A stretch of 61,711 nt of DNA, counting the filler, from Asterionella formosa (Eukaryota), in assembly GCA_002256025.1 (NCBI GenBank). It is 11 parts of 11 records of this genome, joined end to end, with 100 filler letters (N's around TTAATTAATTAA, not from the genome) between each part and the next. Parts side by side here need not be neighbours in the genome. Positions count along the whole stretch, not along the records: positions 11,277 to 16,802 come from NKIB01013026.1; positions 16,903 to 22,428 come from NKIB01013027.1; positions 22,529 to 28,053 come from NKIB01013028.1; 8 more parts are not named here. One strand, written 5' to 3'. Shown here piece after piece: positions 11,586-23,967 of the stretch (position 1 is the stretch's first letter; every line of letters begins with the position of its first letter). The position numbers were made by a program, and so were the translations under genes. Under the pieces are notes generated by a model. The model saw only the letters and a list, made by a program, of their open reading frames with translations. It was not told where the DNA came from and did not search any database.

Positions 11586-12131
11586 GACGACAATGGTGAC
11601 AAAGCCGAAGCACTCATGGGAGATTTTTATGCTCTTGCATCAGCATTTTGTGTTGTTGGATATTTGACATTTGCCAAATCTGCGAGATCTACCACCAGTG
11701 CTACCATGTTTACATTCCTTATGATGTTTGGTTGTTCCTTTCTGATTCTCTTTTACATAATTTTGGTAGGCGAGCAATTTACATGGTCAATGAATCCAAC
11801 TCATGGACTCTTTGGTTGGATGGAATTAAGTGCCGACAGGCTTGGGGTGGAGCTGTGGATTGTGCTGGTTTGTAACTTGGTGGGAACTATGGGATTTGTT
11901 CGGAGTCTCCAATATTTTGACAGTATTATTATTGCTGTGGCAACCTTGTTGGAACCAATGTTGGCATCAATTATTGCCTTTTCTATGGGAGTAGGGGAGC
12001 TTCCAGGTTTACAAGGGTGGATTGGTAACCTTTTGGTCGCCCTTGGAACTCTGGCAGTTGTATATCCGTCCATAGATAATAGCAGTACAACTAGTAGTAG
12101 CTCTGCTGAAGATGCTGGTGGTGGACACTAA
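11586..12131 (+). CDS. EamA/DMT-family transporter, C-terminal half (5' part missing or disrupted)
   Basis: Five hydrophobic segments; GDFYALASA and ATLLEPMLAS...GE motifs. The frame is open from about 11586. Confidence 0.8.
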   Translation, partial: DDNGDKAEALMGDFYALASAFCVVGYLTFAKSARSTTSATMFTFLMMFGCSFLILFYIILVGEQFTWSMNPTHGLFGWMELSADRLGVELWIVLVCNLVGTMGFVRSLQYFDSIIIAVATLLEPMLASIIAFSMGVGELPGLQGWIGNLLVALGTLAVVYPSIDNSSTTSSSSAEDAGGGH

Positions 12132-12428
12132 CATCCAAGTGTTGCCTGCCTGCCTGCCTGACTGATTATTCAATATAGATTATCAAAATGATCCACTTTT
12201 ACCATACTTTTTTCTGTTGTGCTTTGATCATTTCAAGTGCGACTCATTTAATTAACGCACATGTAAACACTTTTGTACTTTATTTGCTGTGGGTATGTTT
12301 TTTGGTAAATAATACATAGATCGTCAAGGTGTTGTGCAAATGAGAAATTATTAGCCATTTTTTCTTTGTAGTAAAAACCGTCTTTTCCGCAACTTTCTTC
12401 TCAGCAGAGGTACCAGGTACCAACTCTA

Positions 12429-12504
12429 CCTTCAAGTTGCGGTCATTTTGCTTAAACTAATATTTTAAATCTTTAGTTTCAGCAAAATTACCGCAACTTG
12501 CAGG
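12429..12504. mobile_element. MITE (Tc1/mariner-type, TA target duplication), 76 bp
   Basis: TA-CCTTCAAGTTGCGGTCATTTTGCT...AGCAAAATTACCGCAACTTGCAGG-TA; 22 of 24 TIR positions match. Confidence 0.85.
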
Positions 12505-12744
12505 TACAGTGTTATAGCATGATCGACATGATGATGGTTCAGGAACTTCGGAGATGTTCGTGTGTGACTCGCGTCAACAAGAAAATACGCGAGAAGCGAT
12601 TTGAAGTACCAGGTACTACCTGGTACCAGGTACCAGAAATCAGATCTCCAATTTGTTCTTTCAATCGTGCAACAGAAAATCCAGTGGTATCCATAATTTT
12701 CCGTATCTTGTGTCTCTTCTTCTCCAATCTTGTTCCTAACCAGC

Positions 12745-13664
12745 ATGTCAGTGATGAAAGCTTTCCTTGAAATGTCTCATGACAAGAAGCCTATGGATAT
12801 GGCCATAGGTGAGATTGCAGTCCCATTGGTCGGTGCTGACCAAGTTAAAATAGCTGTCAAAGCAGCCGCACTAAATCCAATTGATGGAATTCGAGTTCAT
12901 TTGGAGACAGATAAGGTTTTTCCAGTCATTGTTGGATTTGATGTCGCTGGTGTTGTGGAAGACGTGGTCGGCTCAGATGTTACATCACTTCAAATTGGGG
13001 ATCGTGTCTTTGGTTTCATCGAGCGGAGTGGAGTTGAACCCAAAACGAGCGGAGCCATCGCAGAATATGCTGTCGTTGATGCAGAACTTTTGGGCAAACT
13101 GCCTGAATCTACAAGTTTTCAAGATGGCGCTGCAATTCCCACTGTTGTTCTTACCGCTTTGCAGTCAATGGGTGCCATCAAGCCAGGAGACAATGTTTTC
13201 GTGTCTGGGGGAGCTGGAGGAGTTGGTATTCATGCTCTCCAAATTGCAAAAAGTCACTTTGGAGCCAAAGAAGTGGCCACAACGGCTTCCACTGCCAAGA
13301 TCGACTTTTGCAAGCAATATGGTGCCGACATTGTGATGGACTATAAAACTGAAAATGCTGGTGAAAAGTTGAAGGGCTGGGCTGACGTTGTTGTCGATAC
13401 AACAAAAGAAGTGGAAATGGGAAAACTCATTCTCAAGGAGAGTGGCGGTGACCTTCGTACTATTGCTGATTTTTCTTCTCCCGAATATAGCGTATTTTGC
13501 AAAGCAAATCGAGAACTTATTGAGTTAATCGCCAAACTTTTGGAGGAGGGTAAAGTGAAACCAGTCATTGACCAAGTGTTTCCATTTGAAGAATCTTTTC
13601 AAGCGATTGAGTATCAGATGAGCGGATGAGCCAAGGGAAAGATCATTATCGACATCTCTCAATA
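12745..13664 (+). pseudogene. MDR-family NADPH:quinone oxidoreductase / enoyl reductase with a premature TGA near the C-terminus
   Basis: AAALNPID, VGFDVAGVV and GGAGGVG motifs. The C-terminus reads SG*AKGKIIIDISQ, where the family motif is GRAKGKI. Confidence 0.8.
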
Positions 13665-15700
13665 AAAATTGAAGAAGAATGCAAGGACTAGCCTTGGTTG
13701 AACTTCTTGCTACATTCTTGTTGGTAGATTTTTTGTATCCTACTTTAACATTTAAAATGTCGATTTTTTCGATTCCATAGATCTAAAAATTAGTTGGTCT
13801 TAATTTATACGAAAGCCAGTACTGTGGGCCCTATCAGAAAGCATTCTTAATTAAATGCTGCATTTTCTGTCTTTAAGGAAAACTCATTTGTTTTCAAAAT
13901 GAATTGTGTTAGCTTGCCATAGTATACCATACTTTAATGTGTTGTATTTATTGAGTTTTGCTTTCCTTTTTGAAGTTTTCTCATAGTACTGATTTGCTGT
14001 CTAACTAATCAACTATTTGTACCACTCATCATTCTCATGTATCATTGGAAAACTATCAAAACATTCTTCAAAATGGTTTCCTAGGGCCAGTGTTGAAATA
14101 CTAGTTAGGTATGAAAACTTTACGGCTACTCTATTGTTATTAGGGTCACCCAGCCATGTAGCTTGCGCTTCCTAGCATTATCAGCTCTGGTGTTCATATT
14201 TATTTACAAATCCAGTAAAATACCAAATGTGGTCACTTTGGGTGCTTAGTATTGTTTAAATTTTCCATATAGCACCATGCGAGTTGTCTTATCAGCAACA
14301 CCCCTGGAATCCGAGGGACTATATGAAAAAGGCAGGTGGAGGAATCAAACCCACCAGAATCTCAGAAGGTGCACTTAAGACTACTTAGACAACTTCAAGT
14401 TGTTAACCCTTTTCCACACGATTATTTTTATCCTCATTTCTGGACACATGTTTGTAAAGTCATGAAATAACAGCCAATTTTCCCTTTACTTTTTGCAGGA
14501 TATTTTGAGATGATTTTTGTAATTTACACTTGTGTGTCCTGTCTTTTCTGGATTTGTGAGAGTTGACAAGGCATGAGAGGAGGCTGAATTGATGGGCATG
14601 GAATAGGCAGGACGAATAATCCAACAATCAAGTGTTTGTCAACTTATATGATTTGTGAGCCAGCAATTTGGTGAGGTAGTAGGCCTTGTAGGGGTGAGTT
14701 AGCTATATAAGGACTTCCTGTGCAGCAGGGGATAGATTTTGAAGAACTGGCTGGTCTTTCCTACATCCGCCAATCAACTAACATTCGAATATAGGCACAG
14801 TTGATGATTCCATGAAACAAAAAGTTATGGGAGATGACTTGATGGGCATGAAACAGGCAGGAAGAACTTCCCCCAAAAATAGCAAAATAACACTAATATT
14901 CACAACGAAAATTGAAGTCACCAATGGCGCCTTTTTCGTGCAATGTAGAAATGTACAATTGATAACACCAATGTTTCGAAGAGATTTGAAACTTTCACAG
15001 TAGCTTAACAATGAATATTATGACAAATAAACTAATATCATGATCAATAAGAATATAAGATGAGAAATAATTAATTGTTAGGCAATTTTTGTAGTTGGGC
15101 ATGCAGGTAGTTGGCATCTGTGCTGACAAATGTGAAGTATCATGTGAAAACCATTGCCTTACTGTGTAGCCCTTTCAATGTGCAGATTCTCATCATTAAG
15201 ACATTGGCAGTGCTGTAACTGGGCCTTGAAGGGGCTGAGCACAATGACAACAAGAGAAATGCAGCAGCATGTGCTGAGCTCCATGGTGATCGGCATTTTG
15301 ACAGCAAAATGAGTCGCAAAATATCTAAAATTTAGGGTTATACTGGTGATTAATTTATGACATACCAGCCGAACACAAGGCTAACCAGTGTTTTCTTGAA
15401 TTTGCATCCAGCCATAGCGACAAGTGCTCCAGCATGGCTGTGAATCACATAATCTGGAGTCATGTAAGGCACACGCACTCTCTTTTAAAAGTGCATTCTA
15501 CACGCGCACACACATGATCATAGTGCGTATCCTCATGATAAATGAGCCGTTGAATGTGCCAAGTACCTGGTTCTGTACCCGGTACACTGGTGAGCGAGTC
15601 CCCAACAAGCTATTTCCTCCATGTCGGGTGCCAGTCGTTTTGATTAGGTACCTGGTAGCTTGGTTTAACTATTATTGGACGGAGTGAGTGCCACGGTGCA

Positions 15701-15765
15701 TGCAAGTTGCGGTAATTGTCTTGAAACTGAGAATTTAGCTTTCTTTATCCCATACCGCAACTTGC
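15701..15765. mobile_element. MITE copy, degenerate
   Basis: GCAAGTTGCGGTA...TACCGCAACTTGC inverted termini, same family as 12429. Confidence 0.75.
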
Positions 15766-16902
15766 TTGTTACTATTCTGTTTCAGTACTAGGGGGTACAT
15801 GTACCAGGACGTATACCGGCGGTACCAGGTACCCTTTTAGTCTTCCTGGTACCATGGTACCTGGTACCATGGGGCTATTTATAGCAGTGGACCGGGTGCG
15901 TACGGTAATAATACATGAAAGAGAAAAACGAAGTACATTAGTACATAATGCTGCAGGTACAGTAGTAGAACCGTGTACGACTTAGAAGCTAGTCTACCGG
16001 AATATTTTTGTCTAGAATACAATGTACACTTAGAGTGATGAGTACCAACCATTTTCAACTGGGCTGTTCTTATTTTGGTGGTCTATATTAATGTATTCAG
16101 GGACATATAATACTTATATAATGTCATAACCTTTGCATAAGCATAGCGCGTGCCATTTGGTGCAAAACGGTTTCTGAGTTGGTGTACCATAAATATATGT
16201 ATGCCGGTTATAGGGTACCAGGGTACCAGGTGGTGCCATCCTGTTAAATTCTTCTGCAGTCTGACTGCAATGCTAGCTCTTTCTAGACAAGCTCAGTGTA
16301 TTAAAACCTTCTGTTCTAATCCCACCTTATTGTGAGCTTATTTGATCTATCTTGTAATCGTTCACATGACCAATTATTAAGGTTCTCTTCCCAAATTTGT
16401 ATATAGATATTCATTGTGTTGTTAGACATTCAATTCTCAACTGACAACTCAACTCCACTCACTTAGTAGAACAATCGTGAATATTCAATGCTATCTGCAT
16501 TGCGTATATACCTTTCCTTCATTGAAATATTGATTACTTAGAACATTCTCCATTCGAATTTTTACCTTGGTTTGCTGATATAGTTCTTGGCAATCAATGC
16601 TGTTCAAATTCTCACAGCATTTCAATACGGGATTTTGGCTGGAATATTATTCAAGATTGATTAGTTCGACTGAAATAATATGCACGCAGTACTAAATCTT
16701 GACATCCTCCCTGTTCCAGTTCCAACAATCCATTGTCCCATTGCAAATATCATATGCATGCGATTCATGCACCTTCTGAGTTACATTCTTTGACAGCAGG
16801 TCNNNNNNNNNNNNNNNNNNNNNNNNNNNNNNNNNNNNNNNNNNNNTTAATTAATTAANNNNNNNNNNNNNNNNNNNNNNNNNNNNNNNNNNNNNNNNNN
16901 NN

Positions 16903-18130
16903 TGAGAGAAGAGGAAAAAGAAAAAGGAGGAGAATCACGAGTGAAGAGAAATACACTTACCTGTATAATACTGAGAGAAAAGGAGGCAATTGGTGTTCTT
17001 CCTGCTGTCAATATTAATTTCGAAACAGTTAGAACATGTGCAAAAAGAAAAAACCATCAAGGAACAAACACAGAATGCCTCTCACCTATGCTTGAAGTGG
17101 AACTTTACATTGTGGAGCTCATTGATCAGTTGAGTAAAATGCGTTCGCCCATCATATGCCGAGAGGGAGCGACTGCAACTTGCAAATTCACTTCTTGGGG
17201 AAAAAGATTTGCGAGATTATGCACAAACAAAAAGCGGTAGCAGAGCGAGGCTGGGGACCTTTGAACTATAATTTTTTGTTGAATCCTGAAATACAGCTGA
17301 CGAAATTTGGTGTTGTCCCATTGAATTGAATCTCACACAGCAACAGAACCTCTATTACACCTGACCAGCTAAACCTGCAAGAAGGACTTTCAGGAACTCT
17401 TACAAATCAAATTGTTGAATACATAAACAGAGAAGATGTGCGAAATGGTAATGATGCAGCAGAACATGCAAGGAAAATAAAGCAAACAGCACAAGCAGCA
17501 ATCGACACACACAAATGAATGACCACAGGACTGCACTTTGCTGTTGGAAACACTTGTCTAGGACCACCGCTTTTTGAGCATATGCTGGAAATCAAACACC
17601 GGCATGAAATCCAGGAACAAAACAAGAAGCAGAAATTGAATCAACGGTTTTTTGAATTGTCACAGAAGGTACAGGCCATCAGAGAGACTGGAAAGGAAGC
17701 TGGAAGCTACAACGTAGCTGAACTGAAAACAGTGGTGACATGGTACAAGCGCAACGGCGATGCGCCGCTTCCAATGACCAGACTGAACTTGTTGGCAAGA
17801 TATTTGGAGACTTGTTGCCGTGGAGAAAAGGATTCTCCATATCCAATTCGGCCTCTTGATGTTGTGCTTGTGGGAGGGCAGGAGCTTAGTAGGGATGAGG
17901 GCGATATTGCAGTGGTGTTGATAGGCGCAAGCATTTCATGTGGCTGAATGCATTTGCGTGTGATAGTGATATAAAAACTGGGTGCGAAAATTCTTAAAAA
18001 TAATTTTGCGAAAACCAAACAGGGTAATCCGTGATCATAATGGTATATAAAATTATATACAATTATAGATAAAAATTTAAGTACTGCTGTGACCCATTAC
18101 CGGCAAATTTTGTCCACATAAAAGGGTTCG
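16903..18130 (+). mobile_element. Internally deleted pogo/Tc1-mariner-like DNA transposon remnant
   Basis: An N-terminal segment (SPMLEVE.YIVELI.QLSKMRSP...EG.QLANS) is joined directly to AERGWGPLNY.LL.PEIQLT and a basic C-terminal region. Homologous to 30225-30790. The family assignment is an inference. Confidence 0.6.
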
Positions 18131-18530
18131 TATCTCAGTACCTCGACCTTCAATGAGAATAGCGACAGATCCACAATCTGCTGACTCCTTTGGTTAACAA
18201 GACCTGGAAGTTTGATTCTCGCAAGGCATGGAAAAGGTGTAGTCGAACTAATCAAACGAATAGGAGAACTCAGTGGGTCAGAGCAGTTCTTTACTGGTAC
18301 CGGTACTTTTATAAATGAAATATTATGATTCCTATTTGGGAATTAGTTAGTTTTTCCCGCAATTTGAGCGATGCTGCTGTCTTGTTGTCAACAACTTTGA
18401 TCCCATTGATTACATGATCAACGACATGCCTAGATAAGAACGCGGATTCTCTGTCGGAAGAGCAGCCGTGGGTGGACTTTGACGGCAATGATATCAAAGA
18501 TGAAGATGTGTTTTTTCAAATAGCTTTGAA

Positions 18531-19091
18531 ATGCCGCTTCATCCAGACAAACCATTGATTCAAGATGCATTGGAGGATGTTCGCCGCTGGAATATGGAAA
18601 TGGATCATGAAAATGGAATTGGAGAAGACGATGAGTTGTCAGAAGACGAAAGGGAGAACAGAGAGATGCTTGGCAGGGAAATTAAGTATGACTACGATCA
18701 TGATCCGGAGTTCGAAGAGCAGTTTCGTGGCCATGTCGTTGTGGCTTGTACCTGTGACGATTCCGATCTGGAGATCGCAGAAAAGATTACTCTAGCGCTG
18801 ACAGGAAAGTTTGGGAAGCAAGTGTTCGTTGAGACCCGTGTGATAACTCATGCAAGAGAGGAAGATAATGTGTTTGAAGTCTGGATTGAGTCATATGACG
18901 TGGAGCTGTTGCATTCCAAGAAGCGAGTGACGACAGGAACAAGCGGCTGGACTGGACCTGCGAATTGTGATGATGAGCAAATTGATTATCTGGTGGATCG
19001 AGTTGGCTTTTTGATAAGTGATGACGCCCGATACAGTTACAAGTACGACGTGCAAATGGAAGGAGTTTTAATAAAGGAAGTTTCTATATAA
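18531..19091 (+). CDS. Hypothetical acidic protein; probably extends upstream across a frameshift in the T-run near 18511
   Basis: 186-aa ORF with coding-like composition; the upstream frame reads SLSEEQPWVDFDGNDIKDED. Confidence 0.6.
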   Translation: MPLHPDKPLIQDALEDVRRWNMEMDHENGIGEDDELSEDERENREMLGREIKYDYDHDPEFEEQFRGHVVVACTCDDSDLEIAEKITLALTGKFGKQVFVETRVITHAREEDNVFEVWIESYDVELLHSKKRVTTGTSGWTGPANCDDEQIDYLVDRVGFLISDDARYSYKYDVQMEGVLIKEVSI

Positions 19092-19544
19092 AAAGTAGCA
19101 ATTGAATATCAAACCTTGGTACACCAGGCAGATGGAGTAAAACCAGGGAACATAGGGCACTTGCCTTGGAGTAGATGATCTTGGCGAGTTGGTTGGACAA
19201 GTTCCACAATATCGTTGATATGGTACATATGTGTGCCATGTTGGTGCAATGTGGGTTTGATGACATGTTGATTGTGGTGAAATCCGAGATGATTTGTTGT
19301 TGTTGTTCTTGACAGTGTGGTCCCCTAGTACCTGGTACCAGGTACCAGAGTACTGTATAGCTATTGTTGTATCTATGTATGATATACTGGTAAATGATGC
19401 GTCCTATATGTACTGATTCTACGATGATAATAATTGGGTTTCTAGTGACTACATTCAAAGTAGTCAATATGGAATCCTACGTTTAGGTAACGTTGGGAGA
19501 ACAAAAACCTAAACGTAATGCGTTTGGGAAACTTATTGGGATAT

Positions 19545-22428
19545 GGGCACGGAATCTCTTGCACACGTGTTTTATCATGGAGGTCAAGGACAGGAGTGAC
19601 ATCAGAAACAATAAATTGCTGGCGAGCGCCATATAACTAGGTGCAGTCCAGGCATGGAGGGCATGTTGTGGGTGTGTTGGGGTGGAGTGCGTGAATCGTT
19701 GTAGAGCACGAACAATGTAAACAGGCATAGTGAGGTCAGTGGTGCGATGTTCGTAGTCCCACGTCAGCGTAAGGCCAATGTAATGAGAGCCAGTCCAATC
19801 AGTTGTGAGATGGTATTTGGTGCGTAAAGTGGTGAGGAGACGGTCCACGTCACTACGTTTGGTGTAACGTACACCAAATCATCAACAACAAGCGTAAACA
19901 TGAGATCACTGGTGGTATCCATCCATAGGCCAGAGATGACTGGACAGGGGAGGTAATGATGTGGGAGCAAGAACTGAGCAAGTTGATCATTGGCAAGTTT
20001 ACCAGCCTGAGGCAGCCCATACATGCCACGACGGATTTCGGCGTATATGTGCCCATCAGTGATTTCGGGAGCTAGGCTCTATATGAATGAAAAAACAGCA
20101 ATTAGTACCCGTGGGCATGTCAGAATGGGGTCCCAAGCCCTGAAATAACCGGCCAATTTCTAAGCCGTTGGCGGTGGCCCACAGAGGAGCAGTGCTGCAA
20201 GTCAATAATTCTCTATATCCAGCAATTTTGCCATTGTCAGGGTTGATAGCGGTGCCATGGAAACAAAAATGAGTGGCCAGGGGAGTAGCACTGGTTTGAG
20301 GAGGGGCGGAGAGAGCACAGTTGGCAAGCAAAGATTGGGTGTGGGGACGGCTGGCATGTGGTGCATCATGTGGTGTGTTTTTATGGCAAAGACGGCTCTT
20401 GGGCACAGTGGTAGTGTCACAAGTGTCCAAAGGGAAAGGTGGTAGGGGACTGGGCAGCACAACAGCATTGCGATAGGTGCGAGGGGGTGCTGGAATGATC
20501 TTGCGGCCACTGGCAGGAGGGGACCTAGGGGTAGGGTTAGGGTTACCGGCGAGGTGAGGGTTAGGGTTTGGAGTAGGGTTAATAACACTCGGGTCGGTAG
20601 GGTTAGGGTTACGGTTAGGGTTAAGGTGGTTGGGCAGCGCCATCAAGGGCTGGAGAGACCGGGAAAGGTGTACAGGCATCAGGATCAGGAAGAAGGGGAT
20701 GCTGGATGCTGTGGGTGTACCGGGCACCCTCAGTGATGGAATGGGGCGATGCAGGAGGGGAGCGATGGGTAGTTGGGTGAGCTCAGGCGGTGAGAGAATT
20801 TCAAGGAGCTACTGGAGAGCAGCTTTGTGGGTTGCAGTGAGTGGGGCAACAGGAGACCGAGTGGTGGGATGTAACAAGGCATAGGCAATGCCCTGCAAAC
20901 TGGTTGTGATGAGGTCAGTGGATGAATTACAGGGTAGGTGGACTTTGGTTGGAAATCACGAGACAGTATCGCAGATTCTGATTGAACATGTGTCCCACAT
21001 CCAGATGCGGTAGCAGCGATAGGAATCCACAGCAGGGCCAACATACCAACCATTGAGAGCATGCGGAGCTTATGTTGTGCAGTGTTGGGGCTCGGCATGA
21101 ACAAGGACCCAACAGCCAGGTGGAGCAAGGGGGACACGGTTGTAATCAAATGCTCCATTGACCTGTGCCCAAGCAGACAGTTGGGGTTGATGCATGAGCC
21201 ATGGAGGAGATTAAGAGTAAGTTCAGCTTGAACTAATAGTTGGTCCCACAAGTGGAGAGGAAAGTCTTTGTCGACACTGCATAGACCGGCGATGAAATGG
21301 TTTTGAAAGGTGCAAATTGCACGTTCAGCGGCATTGCGACGATGTACAGCCAGCAGGACCAACTGAAAGTCAATAGCTTCGGCGTCCAAGAACTCTTTGA
21401 GGAGTGTAGAACGCTCGTTGTCAAGGCGTTGAAGTTTGGGATGTAGGCCAGCGTTGCACAAACGTTGGTGTAATGTTTTATATGCTGCAACGAGGCAGGA
21501 AGCAGTTTGGTTATGAAAAGGCTGAACGAAAATGTAGTTGCTGTCATAATCACATAAAATCATAATGTAGTTGTTTCCAGTGCTGGAGGGGAGTATGAAT
21601 TTTCCGGTTTGATCAGTGTAAATTTGGCCTGTGGGTGCAATAATGGACGCAAAACACATGTGGATAGGGGTTGCAAGACCCTCAGGGTGAAAATAAGCAT
21701 CACCCCGCACATTGGTAGAAATGGATGCAAGTTCAGGCTCAATGATAGTTGGGGGCACACGTGTGGACCGTACGATTTGACGTGTTTGATCAAGGTGGCC
21801 TTTGATGGTTGCGATGGAATGAGGGGGATGTTTGCGTAGTGTAGTTAAGGTTAGACCTGGAAAATTGACAAGATACCCATGGAGTAATGCGCTTTCCAAA
21901 GTAGAGATAACAGGAGAAAAGAGGGCCGCATGGGCAAAGGCAACAAGGGCTGGTGCATTGGGACTGCCAATGGCGGTAGCAGTGTAGTGGTTAGGGGTAG
22001 GCTACGGTGGATCAATAGTGGCTGTCGTGACATGCCATAATCAAGTGGTGGTGGAGCGATGGCTCTGAAGGATGCAATGACCATCGGACAAGACAGACAT
22101 GTGCAGTTTGGTGAAGAGTACCTCGTAGCCAGAGTCACATAGTTGTCCAATTCTCAATAAAGAGCAATTGTGCAGACCAGGGACAATGTGTACATGACGA
22201 GCAGCGTGTAATAGCATAGGTAAAGATAATTTGGCCTCATGTGTAGATTTATCATGGTTGCCGTTAGGAAGTTGAATGGTGATAGGGTTGGTGGTAGGTC
22301 ATTTGTTGATGACAGGTAAATCAACAGTGGCGTAATTGCCAGAACTACCAGAATCAGCAATGAGTGTGACGGGGGGACAAGTGATGGGAGATAAGTTTGT
22401 GTTAATAGTATTATCAACAGCAACTTGC
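19545..22428 (-). mobile_element. Ty1/copia (CoDi-like) pol remnant: protease, integrase and partial RT, frameshifted and internally deleted
   Basis: IADSGSSGNY protease motif near 22350; integrase YTDQTGKF, LQRLDNE and HRRNAAERAI; RT IRRGMYGLPQAG, LVVDD and YIGLTLTWDY. Confidence 0.93.
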
Positions 22429-23967
22429 NNNNNNNNNNNNNNNNNNNNNNNNNNNNNNNNNNNNNNNNNNNNTTAATTAATTAANNNNNNNNNNNNNNNN
22501 NNNNNNNNNNNNNNNNNNNNNNNNNNNNCTGCATTCAATTACAGGCAGCTCATCGATTTACTTCTGTAAAATAGTAGCACTCATGGCATGAAATTAACGT
22601 ATTTCCATGTCAACAGCACTCTGGAAAAGCGGAACCAAAAACCTCCCACCAGTTAGCACCAGTAGAGTAATTGTCGCTTGATTCAGGCTCATCATTGTGA
22701 CAATCATTTGTATCTATGTGTAGCTTCATCATGATGATACTCCTTCTCCTTCTGCAGTCAGTTTCTACGTCAAAACATACCAGATTTAAAAGGCTAAGAA
22801 AATCTGAAAAGTCATTTAAATTTTATAGCACATTAAAGTTATTCAACAAAACCAATTATGCCATTCCCCAAAAGTCCTAAAAAAATGTGTTATTGTTACT
22901 TCGTGCTTTTCAACTTCTTTATCTCTCAGCCAATCCTGGCTAGTCACATCTCAGTCTTAAGCTCGCTGTATCTACATTAGCTTAAGTTCAATCCTTGTTT
23001 TTCTTTTATATACCAATGTTCATGTCAACAACTGCTTTGCTTTGATGATGCAATATGGTTTTTTCTATTTCATTTTACATTTTTCATTCACAGCTTTGCA
23101 AGGAACGACTAAAGCTTTCTTTTGAATGACTACTATAATTTGCTTTGTACTTCATAACTTAACAAAGGAATAGAACAGCTTAGATTGAGCAAGATTTGAA
23201 ATGATTATAAATGCAGTTCAAAAAGTTATGCCGCACTTTTAAGGGTATCAGTACTTATTAGGTACAGATAGTATTATACTAGAGTGAGTCAACTGCAATT
23301 ACACAGCACCTAGTAGCCAACAAGATTTCGATCACGAAATTGGGTCACAAGACTCCAATTATTCTAATGATTTGACTCCTTCATGATTGCACCTTGCTCA
23401 TGGTGGTGCAAATGTGGATACTTTGGCAGTATGCAGTGGTGCAGACTTGAGAGTGTCAAGAGTACAACTATTTCAACCTTTCTTTAAAGAAGATTAATTT
23501 TGTTACTCATGATGCAGGAGATGATGAGAGAACTTATAACTGGAAGAATGAGAAATCAAGGAGTGATTTGGAGGTAGACAAACTCCAAGATGATGATATA
23601 TATATATATATATCGCAATCATTCCTGGTATCCTGAATGATGAGACAAGGCAACAACCACAACAACAATAATTACCATATGCAAGCACAACATTTAACTG
23701 CTGCTGTCGGCTAAACTTGTGCTCCTTCCATTCTAGGGCATGACAATTTGGATATGAGATCAACTGCAAAAATCGTTAAAGAGATGGTAGTCATGTAAAC
23801 ATAATGTGTGTGTATTTTAAGAAAGGTGATGCACAAACGCAGGCAATGAAATAGAAAGAACCTTGAAAATAAAACAGCATAATTAAACAGTATCCATTGG
23901 CTGAGCATCATCATTCTGGGTCGAATATTCGAATCGGAGATCAACATGGTAAAAAAGCTTAATAAAA

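Noticed and set aside
13627..13629. Alternative genetic code or selenocysteine at the TGA
   Set aside because: The position is a conserved Arg, and intact genes such as hemC, the USP and rlmH contain no in-frame TGA. CpG decay explains it.
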